64,000 nt of DNA from a virus. The notes below the pieces were generated by a model that was given only the letters and a program-made list of their open reading frames with translations, had not been told where the DNA came from and did not search any database. The translations under genes and the position numbers were made by a program. Each line of letters begins with the position of its first letter. Position 1 is the stretch's first letter. Below, piece after piece: positions 9,637-19,100 of the stretch. The stretch lies in the IMG/VR virus record IMGVR_UViG_3300036770_003728, positions 1 through 64,000 of that record. One strand, 5' to 3'.

Positions 9637-10149
9637 CTAAAAGTTAATGTATTTAGCCATTTTCAGACTTTTTTCCAATAAGAATTGGTTGTACTGTAAT
9701 CGGGTCATGCTTTCCTGGTGACGATTAGTATAAAGATCATAAGCTGCAAAATTTTTCTTACGTGCTGATTGTGTCATCCTAGTACGAAATCGTTCTACCT
9801 CAATTGTAAGTCTATTTATGTTTGTATCGTATTCGAGAATTCTTGCTGCTAGATCATGTTGATTAATCTGCTGCAAAATTACATAAAACATAGCAGTGCG
9901 CTTAGTTGAAAAACACTGCTCGGTGTCATTGTATCTATAGACCGCATGCCATTGCCCATTCATGGGTTTTATAGCGTAATTGCCTATGATAAAGCCTTGT
10001 CCTACTGGAATAATCAGTGGGTGGTTATTTGAATTGGGGTTGCTAAGTATGGATTTTAGTTCTTGACGAGTCCAACTACGAACTTCGTTGACTGCAATTT
10101 TTACTGCTCGCTCAATCGCCGATTTGTTTGCGATATTGGATCTGTCCAT
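9637..10149 (-). CDS. Hypothetical protein
   Basis: ORF in a dense operon; start uncertain. Confidence 0.65.
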   Translation of the reverse strand: MDRSNIANKSAIERAVKIAVNEVRSWTRQELKSILSNPNSNNHPLIIPVGQGFIIGNYAIKPMNGQWHAVYRYNDTEQCFSTKRTAMFYVILQQINQHDLAARILEYDTNINRLTIEVERFRTRMTQSARKKNFAAYDLYTNRHQESMTRLQYNQFLLEKSLKMAKYINF

Positions 10150-10327
10150 TTTGATTTTTTCTAACAAGTACACCTTTGTTAACTAGTTGATTGGCAATCA
10201 CTTGCTCTCTTTCGGTTAGAGATTGTTTATTGATTTCTGTGTCGGAACTGTCAAATTTATTCAACACATCCGACTCTTCATTAGTAATGGGCAGTTGTAT
10301 ACCACCCATGAATTCGACTACTCGCAT
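10112..10327 (-). CDS. Hypothetical protein (possible winged-helix)
   Basis: LTEREQVIANQLVNKGVLVR. Confidence 0.6.
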   Translation of the reverse strand: MRVVEFMGGIQLPITNEESDVLNKFDSSDTEINKQSLTEREQVIANQLVNKGVLVRKNQNGQIQYRKQIGD

Positions 10328-10329
10328 GC

Positions 10330-10593
10330 TTATCCTATTTTATTTAAGGCCACTAATAACGTAATAATGGCACCTATTAGGCTAAGAATAATACCAGTGC
10401 CAATGGTAATTAGTTGTCTGTTATGTTTGTCATTGGCTTCCGATAATGAATTTTTGATTTCTGATATCATACCTTCCATGACACTTACCTTAGAATCTAC
10501 ACTGTCCAACTTCATGTTCAGCTGTTTATAACGCTCGGCGCATAATTCCACATGGGCCTCCAAATTCTCTTTTTCAATATCACTTGCGGACAT
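10330..10593 (-). CDS. Coiled-coil protein with C-terminal transmembrane helix (XhlA/holin-like architecture)
   Basis: Heptad region followed by LITIGTGIILSLIGAIITLLVAL. Confidence 0.6.
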   Translation of the reverse strand: MSASDIEKENLEAHVELCAERYKQLNMKLDSVDSKVSVMEGMISEIKNSLSEANDKHNRQLITIGTGIILSLIGAIITLLVALNKIG

Positions 10594-10659
10594 TTTATTT
10601 AGGTTCCTAGCAAAAAAGAATACTACTAAAAAGTAGTATATTAAGAGTATTTAACCCAA

Positions 10660-11076
10660 CTAGTCCAGAATCTTAAAGTAGGTGTTTTTCAAAATACCTT
10701 CTGTGTAAAATACTGGGTCTGGTAAATCCGCAGTTTCGTCTAAATGTTTAATTACAGGCACATTATTCACATCATAGTGCAAGCGTTCTAACTCATTGTT
10801 TTCAAATTTGAACACAGATATATCACTGATTTCAAAGATAAATTTCCAACATCTATGCGAATCACGATAATAAGTGCCAAAATTATGATGCTCCATGGCT
10901 ACCATCTTAGGGCTAGCAGGCACCGCTGCTATTTTTGCATGCGTCCTTAAATTAATAATTTGATGTATGGTTTCCCAGTTTCTTTGCTGGTTCCTGGGTT
11001 TACGCATATCATCTTGGTTACTTATAACCCCAGTGGCAGTGATATCTACTAGAGTATAAACAGCAATTGATTTCAT
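10660..11076 (-). CDS. Hypothetical protein
   Basis: ORF with TAAATA 5 nt before the ATG. Confidence 0.7.
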   Translation of the reverse strand: MKSIAVYTLVDITATGVISNQDDMRKPRNQQRNWETIHQIINLRTHAKIAAVPASPKMVAMEHHNFGTYYRDSHRCWKFIFEISDISVFKFENNELERLHYDVNNVPVIKHLDETADLPDPVFYTEGILKNTYFKILD

Positions 11077-11108
11077 AAAAATATTTATTGACTGGTTTTG
11101 GAGCCAAT

Positions 11109-11132
11109 AAAAAAGCCTGCCGAAGCAGGCTT
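11109..11132 (-). terminator. Rho-independent terminator
   Basis: GCCTGC-TTCG-GCAGGC-TTTTTT. Confidence 0.9.
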
Positions 11133-11149
11133 GTGTGTAGCGTGATTAA

Positions 11150-11500
11150 TTAAGCTACTGTGATGCTGGTACCTAGTGCAACTGTGGTGTTAGCATCTAG
11201 GAATTGATGTAAACGACGCTGAATAACAGCAGCGTCAACATTGTGACCATGCATAACAACGTGGATTTGACCACTGGTGTTGCTTGGGCTCATGTACATT
11301 AGAGGATTTAATTCGCTAACCACACGCTCAACAATTTGACCTGCTTCGTTAGCAGCATCGCCGTCTTCGTTTTGTAGGTTAACGGCTGTGTTGGTAGCAT
11401 CTTTTACAGTGATCAAAAATGCTTTATAATCAGCTGTACTAAACAATGTACCAGTGTTGAAATTGCCTAAATAACCATTAATTCTTGTAAATGTTGCCAT
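11150..11500 (-). CDS. Probable abundant virion protein (monocistronic late gene)
   Basis: Own TAAATA, 5' TACGC-GAAA-GCGTA hairpin, AAGGA SD and own terminator. Confidence 0.65.
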   Translation of the reverse strand: MATFTRINGYLGNFNTGTLFSTADYKAFLITVKDATNTAVNLQNEDGDAANEAGQIVERVVSELNPLMYMSPSNTSGQIHVVMHGHNVDAAVIQRRLHQFLDANTTVALGTSITVA

Positions 11501-11556
11501 TTTATTTTTCCTTTATTATGTTACGCTTTCGCGTATGTAATTATTTATCACAGTCT

Positions 11557-12627
11557 TTATTTTTTCGCATTGAAGCCGGCAAAATGCGCCGCAGTGAATC
11601 CACCACGTTGTACTAATTTTACTAATCCATGTTTACTGGGAAATACAAAACCTTCACCTTGGGGTTGGCCGTTTACAAACTGTTGAAACCCTTGTACTTG
11701 TTTTTCTAACTGTTGGGCAATATTTTCTTTGAAGTTGCTGATAGCGTTCCAGGTCTTAAACAAGGCTGTTAGTGCTGCTCTATTTTGTATAAGATAACCA
11801 TTGTTGTCATCGCCTATTAGTGCTTGAAATTGCTTGGCACTAACATTTGTACGTAGCCATTCACTAAGCGGCAAATTGGTTTTACCGATTTTGGTATGAA
11901 CCAAGTATTTGCTTAGTGCATCCTGTGCGGTCTTGGTCATGCCATGCAAAAATACATCTATGGCATTGCCATACTGACTAACTGCGCCTGCTGCTTGTTG
12001 TGCTAGATTACCTACTGCACGTACTCGGAATTTTACACCAGCACTGGGAGGAATAATAGCCACTTGGTTGTTGCTGCTTAATCCTTGACCATTCCATGGT
12101 GATTGGTTAAATTCGTGTACCACTATCAGTGCCCGGCGCCCAGAGATTAATTGTCCTAGTTCGCTGTCTACAGGGACATGATATTCTACTGTGACAGGTT
12201 TGAAAACAAATTGTCCTTGTACAGGTTTCAACGGTCCTACAAACATTAAGTCGCCTTTGAATACACCGGCTGTGTCGCCTACTGCGGCTTCTAATCCGGG
12301 CCATATCAGATTAATCTTAGCATAAAGGTCGGCTCGATTAGATCCGCGACTTTGGTCATACTGTATCCATTCGTTTGGACTATGCGGAAATACTCCTTTG
12401 GCAGGCATGTACTTGTCTGCAATAAAAAATTGCCCAGTTGCATCACGTCCAAAATATAAAGCAATCATACCATCCCATTTAATACTGATACTTTGTGGAT
12501 TAGTTGCTATACTTTGCAAGGCCTGTACTGATTGTGCTGCGGCTGCACTGCCGGCAAATATACTGTCCTCAGGGTGAGGAATGCGAGGACCTTCAGCTTC
12601 AATAAGATAATCTGTTAAGGGCTTCAT
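11557..12627 (-). CDS. ATP-dependent ligase-superfamily (RNA-ligase-like) protein
   Basis: Motif I SIKWDG, III FKGDL, IV GEGFV, V LVKLV. Confidence 0.7.
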   Translation of the reverse strand: MKPLTDYLIEAEGPRIPHPEDSIFAGSAAAAQSVQALQSIATNPQSISIKWDGMIALYFGRDATGQFFIADKYMPAKGVFPHSPNEWIQYDQSRGSNRADLYAKINLIWPGLEAAVGDTAGVFKGDLMFVGPLKPVQGQFVFKPVTVEYHVPVDSELGQLISGRRALIVVHEFNQSPWNGQGLSSNNQVAIIPPSAGVKFRVRAVGNLAQQAAGAVSQYGNAIDVFLHGMTKTAQDALSKYLVHTKIGKTNLPLSEWLRTNVSAKQFQALIGDDNNGYLIQNRAALTALFKTWNAISNFKENIAQQLEKQVQGFQQFVNGQPQGEGFVFPSKHGLVKLVQRGGFTAAHFAGFNAKK

Positions 12628-13418
12628 TGTATACGATCCGTTAGATTTCTAAACCAAGCGGCTGTACCAGCTTGAGCAGTTTCCGGCAATCTAAATAATC
12701 CACGAGCAGCATCCTGTCTAGCCTGTGCTAGTTTGCCGTCGCGGTCTGGGTCTGTGGCCAATGCTGCCATAATGCTTTTAACACTGTTAAGGTCGCTTTC
12801 TTTAGCTTTGGGATTAAGCAAAATCTTCGCTACTTCTTTTCTAGTTCTTCCCACTACCTGATCGGTATCTCTAGTAACCAGTCGTCCTCCAAAAGCATCA
12901 AATTTCAAATTCTTAAATTTGGCCAAGCTGCTCATTAGCATAAAAACTTCTCTGCCCTTGAACTCGGGCTCATCATACATACCACGCGGGCCATGCTGAT
13001 GCCATGGTGCTACTACTGAAGCATCTTGTATGACCATTACATCAACTTGAGCCATGCCACGGCCGCCGGCAGCTGGTTTATAAGGAATTCCGATATGTAC
13101 ATTACGTCCACTGACCACGCTGGTGATACCCTGTTGTTCAAAATGCTGCTTGAGTAATTGTTTAGCTTCTTTTACAGGATCTTTGCTGTCTTGAGTTTTG
13201 AAAAACTCAACACAATCACTGGCTTCTACCATGATATCAATGTCGCCGCTTTCCACTTTGAACCCAGCACTGCCTATGTCTACCTGTAGTCCACGAGCGA
13301 TAGGTTTTGGCAACAGACCTTTGGCAACTGCTACTACTCCACGCACATCATCTCGTGCCACTGGATTAGAGTTGGGTATGGCGTTACCGCCTTCATATAT
13401 TTTAAGCAAGTTACTCAT
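12624..13418 (-). CDS. DNA polymerase beta-superfamily nucleotidyltransferase
   Basis: IGSAG...SGDIDI and QVDVM catalytic aspartates; start moved to MSNLLKIYE. Confidence 0.75.
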   Translation of the reverse strand: MSNLLKIYEGGNAIPNSNPVARDDVRGVVAVAKGLLPKPIARGLQVDIGSAGFKVESGDIDIMVEASDCVEFFKTQDSKDPVKEAKQLLKQHFEQQGITSVVSGRNVHIGIPYKPAAGGRGMAQVDVMVIQDASVVAPWHQHGPRGMYDEPEFKGREVFMLMSSLAKFKNLKFDAFGGRLVTRDTDQVVGRTRKEVAKILLNPKAKESDLNSVKSIMAALATDPDRDGKLAQARQDAARGLFRLPETAQAGTAAWFRNLTDRIQ

Positions 13419-13656
13419 CGCGCAATTTCCTAATGCCACGAGCAAATTTTGCTGAATCACCACTGCGTATGCTGTTGAGTAATCTACGTTCTAGTTCAGC
13501 AGCTACCTCAGGTTGGTAATTTTCTTTAATGAACTGTAGAAGATTAATTGCACCTTGTATGACATTAGCGGCTCGAGTTTCCACAAAATTTTCTTTGTCT
13601 TTTCTCAGTCGCAAACTATCTAACTCAGCTAATATACTTCTAGTATGTTTTTGCAA
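13411..13656 (-). CDS. Hypothetical protein
   Basis: TTG start with AGGAG SD and TAAATA upstream. Confidence 0.7.
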   Translation of the reverse strand: MQKHTRSILAELDSLRLRKDKENFVETRAANVIQGAINLLQFIKENYQPEVAAELERRLLNSIRSGDSAKFARGIRKLRDE

Positions 13657-13691
13657 AACCTACTCCTAATGCAATATTTAGCCGTGAATTG

Positions 13692-15077
13692 TTAAACTTC
13701 TTTACGTTTGAGTCCAGCCAACATTTGCTTGAGATCTCGACTTTGAGCAGTAACCTGTACAGGAGCACTAGGTTCAGATTCAGAACTCACCGAACTGCGT
13801 GTTTTAATTTGATCCATGATACTACTAGTACTGCGTTTAGCAGTATCATCTGGAATTCCTGGGTCGCTGATACGCATGGTTTCCATGTTATAGTCCAAGT
13901 CCACTTTCATACCGACCCCAGTACTGGATCGTGACTTCATACACTGTATTTGATACTTGCCACGTTCACGCATGTTGCGACTGGTGAAGATACCAAACAC
14001 ATTATCTGCGGTATTGATCTTACTAATACCACCCGAGATATGACTATGGTCGAACTCAACTTCTTCCACTGCTGAACGATTCAGCTGCGACGCTGTGATC
14101 ATAAGCACTGCTAATTCTTTACTTAAATTACGCAGTTCTTCTGATACATACTTGTCTTTAACAAACAAGTCATTGGGACTTACCTTGGCTGACACTGGCA
14201 TTAATAAATCTAAATAATCAATCATAACAAAATCTACGCGATGTCCTGTCTGTATCTGATACTCTTTTAAGAAACTGCGTATGTCATTGATAGTACTTTG
14301 TGCCGGCAAATACTTGATACGATAACTACCTGCACGTTTACTGGCTACACGTATTTTTAGTGCAGTATCATCAATACTGCGCCTAATTTCTTTGGTACTA
14401 ATATCATTCAACATAGCATCAGTTCTTAAACTACAGAGTTCTTCACTGAGTTCTAGTGTAACATACACACCATGTAAGCCTTGTTGTAGCCAGTTTAAGG
14501 CTATGTTCATCATAACCAAGCTCTTACCAGATCCAGATCCACCTGCAAAGATATTAAGTTCGCCACGACTGAATCCACCGTACATGATCTTATCCATTTG
14601 TGGCCAACCTGTGCTGACTTGTCCACCCGAATTAAAATAACGATTGATTCGAGCTGCTGGATCGGCCCAGTAATCTGTGCCTAGGTCTTTGGTCAAGCTA
14701 ATCTGTACAGCATCCTTGATTAGCTTTTCAACAGGATTATAATCCCCTTTTTCTAGTAAATCTGCACTTTTAAGAATAGCACGTTCTAGTTCTTGCCTAC
14801 GAGTAAAACTTTCAAACTCCTCTAAAAACCAAACCTGATGTTCTGCACTTAGTTCTGTATGACGCAGCTCAATACCAGTTACCGCTGTGATTTGTTCTAG
14901 TGTAGGTAACACACTGTATTTGGCAGAATGTTGACTGATAAACTTGGCTGCTTCTCTCAGGCTGCGATCAAAGTTTTCGGGGTTGTAGATGTTTTGAACT
15001 CGCACAAAACACTGAGCATCACTTAGCATGATCTCCAAAAATAATTTCTGGAGTTCCACAGGATAATTTTTTTCCAT
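13692..15077 (-). CDS. DnaB/gp41-like replicative helicase
   Basis: GGSGSGKS Walker A, VTLELSE, MIDYLD, TASQLNR, MKSR. Confidence 0.95.
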   Translation of the reverse strand: MEKNYPVELQKLFLEIMLSDAQCFVRVQNIYNPENFDRSLREAAKFISQHSAKYSVLPTLEQITAVTGIELRHTELSAEHQVWFLEEFESFTRRQELERAILKSADLLEKGDYNPVEKLIKDAVQISLTKDLGTDYWADPAARINRYFNSGGQVSTGWPQMDKIMYGGFSRGELNIFAGGSGSGKSLVMMNIALNWLQQGLHGVYVTLELSEELCSLRTDAMLNDISTKEIRRSIDDTALKIRVASKRAGSYRIKYLPAQSTINDIRSFLKEYQIQTGHRVDFVMIDYLDLLMPVSAKVSPNDLFVKDKYVSEELRNLSKELAVLMITASQLNRSAVEEVEFDHSHISGGISKINTADNVFGIFTSRNMRERGKYQIQCMKSRSSTGVGMKVDLDYNMETMRISDPGIPDDTAKRSTSSIMDQIKTRSSVSSESEPSAPVQVTAQSRDLKQMLAGLKRKEV

Positions 15078-15078
15078 A

Positions 15079-16056
15079 TCAGTTATATAGTCGCTTGCGT
15101 TTTAGCTCGATTTTAAGACGACCTTTTTCTTTGCCCATTAAAATAGTTTTTATTACAAATAATTTACCATAACGTACCACTGCTTCATTGATGTCTTTAC
15201 AAGTTTCATGCCAAACCGGAAAGCTCACTGACCAACCATATTCAATGGCATTAGTGATTAATCGATCACCGGCACGATCGCTGTCAGGTACCAAAATTAC
15301 TTCACGTCCTAAACTGTCAATAAAATCAGCTTGAACTTCATTACACTCATTGCTAAGTACTGCTACTCCATCTACACTGATAGCATCAAAAGGTCCTTCA
15401 CTGACAATAACGAATTGTGCTTGCGGCAGTTGACGATCCAAATTAAACACATAGTTGGGTTCATACTGACTGTAGTACTTGGGTTTTACTGTAGGATCCC
15501 AAGATCTACTGGTGTACCCAATTAATTTATTTTTCCAAGTAAATGGAATAATTACTCGACGATTAAGATTATGATCAGTTTTGGCACTGACTAACAAAGG
15601 ATAACGATCCAAATCAATAGCTCTTTGTTGACAATATCGTAATGCCGTAGCATCTTGGTCCGCTAACTGAACATCATCTGGCAAGGCACGTGGCCGAAAT
15701 TCATAGGTTTCTGCTTCGGTACGTTCTGCAACATGCCCTACTATTTCTCTTACTCGAACTGCTTCAATGACTAATCTATTAATAGTAGACTCGTCGGCTC
15801 CTAGCCAAGATAATAATTTTCGAAATCGATACCCAAGATGCCATCCGGGACGGTAGCTGATTTTGAATTGGCAATTAAAACAATGATAGCTGATACCACC
15901 CTGGGTATCTGTAATTACTCCACCACGGCTACGTGTATCTGCTCTTTCTCCGCGATGTTGGCAACAAGGAGCGTTAAAACTGATCCAGCCGTTGGCAGCA
16001 CGACGTCGTCGCGCCGGCAATAGTTGTATAACAGCATCTTGAACAGAAGTTTGCAT
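15079..16056 (-). CDS. DNA primase (gp61-like; Zn ribbon + TOPRIM)
   Basis: APCC...YHCFNC; VSEGPFD; VPDSDRAG; KDINE. Confidence 0.9.
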   Translation of the reverse strand: MQTSVQDAVIQLLPARRRRAANGWISFNAPCCQHRGERADTRSRGGVITDTQGGISYHCFNCQFKISYRPGWHLGYRFRKLLSWLGADESTINRLVIEAVRVREIVGHVAERTEAETYEFRPRALPDDVQLADQDATALRYCQQRAIDLDRYPLLVSAKTDHNLNRRVIIPFTWKNKLIGYTSRSWDPTVKPKYYSQYEPNYVFNLDRQLPQAQFVIVSEGPFDAISVDGVAVLSNECNEVQADFIDSLGREVILVPDSDRAGDRLITNAIEYGWSVSFPVWHETCKDINEAVVRYGKLFVIKTILMGKEKGRLKIELKRKRLYN

Positions 16057-16063
16057 TCCTAAC

Positions 16064-16092
16064 AGTATATATTAATACTGTCAAGAATGCAA
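16064..16092 (-). promoter_or_regulatory. Sigma70-like promoter of primase-helicase
   Basis: TTGCAT-17-TATACT, 7 nt before the ATG. Confidence 0.6.
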
Positions 16093-16160
16093 GAATTTAG
16101 ATCAACCCGGTGGGCGCATGGCCCCTAGTGCTCTTGGTGGTGCTGTATTATCGATTACAC

Positions 16161-19100
16161 TCATTCGTACATTCTCCAAGTAGTTCCTGTCCAAAATAAT
16201 CCAATGCTGTCGCCATTGGTATTAATAACCAATGTACCACTGCTGGAATTACTGGTATTGGTAATTGTGGTTCCACTACCAGCTAAAATCACAAAACTGT
16301 TAGCAGTGTAAGCACCCCCGGCATCGGCAAAAAATACTGCATCTCCTGGGGCCACTGCTGGTGGGACCGGTAAGGTAGCTGTAATTGATCCGTTGTTGGT
16401 GTTAATACCATATCTACGGTTGGGTATCACTGCAAAATTAGCTGTCCTGATTTCAAATTTTTGTTCTAGGTTATTGGCTGGTGGCTGGACTCGCTCATTA
16501 CCGTCAACATTGATTGCCCCAGACATCGCTGCATGCACTGTACAACGATAACGCAGTCTGGCTGGTGCATTCATTGGCACAGTGAATATGATTTCGCCTG
16601 AAGCTGCACCATTATTGGTTACACCAACGGTGTATGCAGTTAGTGTTGGCCCATCTTCGCTGCCAGTCTCTTCCACAATCTGGAATGGATGTCCTCCGCC
16701 ACTGTTGTTAATGAATCTATAGGTTTCACCACGACGTAAATTCAATGTTGGATTGTTAGTGGCTGTGGCAAAGAATCTGCCATCAGCAGCAAAAACATAT
16801 GCGCTGCTGCCATTGGCCGTGATTGTAAACACTGCCGGACGATTAATACCGGGGTTATTTTGTACCTTGACATTGGCTGTAGCAAAGTTTACATTGCCGG
16901 CTACAGTGTCGACTGGTACCATCTGTCCTTCAGGAGTAAACACAATTGCCTGCGGATTTGGTCTTGATGGTGCTGGCGGTGGAACAAAAGCAATTAACCC
17001 AGTGTCAGCATCAGTCTTGATCAAGGCATTGCCAAAATTAATGGTACTGCCGCTTAAGTACAAGTCTCTCCAACGTCGTGTGTCTGATCCTAAGTCATAG
17101 GTTACATTACTGGATGGAATCAAATTGGCTGAAATATTACCATCTAGATAATTAGGTACATCAGTATAAGCAGGTATAGTAGGTGTACCAGTTAGATCAG
17201 CATAAGCACCAGTTCTTGCCACATCAGCAAATCCAGTTAAACCTGCACCGCTGCCATTGATATTGCCACTGAAACTGATATTGCCTGCTGCTACGTTTCC
17301 TGTATTGGTTAACAAGTAGTCGGCCACATTAGCATTAGCATATACCTGAGACTGTAGTGTAACTATAGCAGATTGCTGTGACGCTGCATTGGCACTTAAA
17401 CTATCTATAGTGGTCTGCTGGCTTTCACTATTGGCTGTTAATGTAGCCAATGATGTTGCTTGAGCAGCAGCATTAGCCACCAAATCGGTAATTTCTGTGG
17501 CTTGAGCAGCGGCATTAGCACTTAAACTATCTATAGTGGTTTGCTGGCTTTCACTATTGGCTGTTAATGTAGCCAATGATGTTGTTTGAGCAGAAGCATT
17601 AGCCCACAAATTATTAATTTCTGTGGCCTGAGCAGCAGCATTAGCTGTCAATGTATCTATAGTGGTTTGCTGGCTTTCACTATTGGCTGTTAATGTAGCC
17701 AATGATGTTGTTTGAGCAGCAGCATTAGCCCACAAATTAGTAATTTCTGTGGCTTGAGCAGCAGCATTAGCTATCCATGCTACATTGGCTGCTATAACAT
17801 TAGCAGCAATATTACCTTCAGCAGCAGTAGCACGCACTGTTTCAGTACTAACCGCAGCATTGATAATGGTATCAACGCTTTGATAGTTGGCAATAATTTC
17901 TGCCAAACTGTTTAGTGCCGTAGCATCAACATTATTTAGAATACTATCAATTTGAGTTTGTAGATTGGCTGTATTGGCTTGCCAGGCTGTGTTGGCTGCG
18001 GTAAATGTAGCATTAACTGAAGTTATCACTGCCGATATGTTACTGGTGCGTGCCACATTGGCAGCATCAATATTGGCTTGTAACTGAGTAATAAACTCTG
18101 GCCAAAACGCAGTGGTTTGAACACGACCATCTAAGAATTTAACATTGCCCACATAAGGCAAATTAGCACCTGCACTAGTGGTAACTTGTAAGCCATTACC
18201 AAAATCAGAGCTAACTACAGTGTTACCCATATTAATGGTATTGCCTACGTATGCAGTACGGAACGCTGCTACACTAGATCCTAAGTCGTGCGCTGCTGTG
18301 GTTTTGGGTATAACATTACCAGGTACATTAACATTACCTGTGCGCTCTAAATCCATACTCAACAGTGTGTTAGTCAACTTACTAACAATGCTTTGAGCCT
18401 TGAATCGTAGTTTGTAGGTATACAAGTATTGATAGGTAAACACAGTGCCTGGTACATTAACCAATGGGCCCGGCATGGCTTGATCTACAGCAAATGTTAT
18501 AGGACGATAAAACACTGCTGGGCTGCTGCCTGCTACCTGTGTTAAGCTACCAATGCTGCCTTGGCTACGAATTACCAGGCTATTAACAAACGGAGTTAAT
18601 ACTTCGATAACTTCACCACCGCTGAATGTAACCAATAAGTTATACAGTTCAGTATTTTCGTAAGCATAGAAAATCACAGTACTACTGGTAGTCCATTCAA
18701 TGGCTTCTGCACCAATTTGGTCGGCTAGTTCTCTGGTAACTATATCTACATTACCATAATCACCGACTCTAACAGTAGCGTTACCCATGTGCAGACCAGT
18801 GTTGGCAATATAAATATTGCTCCAACGCAGACTTTCACTACCCAAATCAAATTGATCTGTGCTTAGTGGTGTAACATTGCCTGGAAGTGTAAGATTGCCA
18901 GTGGCTGTTAGGTTAGCATAGAAACTGCCGTTAACAAGATTGTTTTCAGTATTGTTGCCCAGCTGGCTTATAACCGAGTTAATGTTACTGCGTAGGTTGC
19001 CTTCTTCGGAGATAGCACGAGCTGTTTCTGCTGCTATACTGGTTGCAAGAGCAGCAGCATTACTAAGTCTAGTGCTTTCATTGGCTAATATACTAGTAAC

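Noticed and set aside
17386-17770. Repeats resembling a CRISPR array or DGR template
   Set aside because: In-frame coding repeats with no unique spacers; no cas or reverse transcriptase gene in the window
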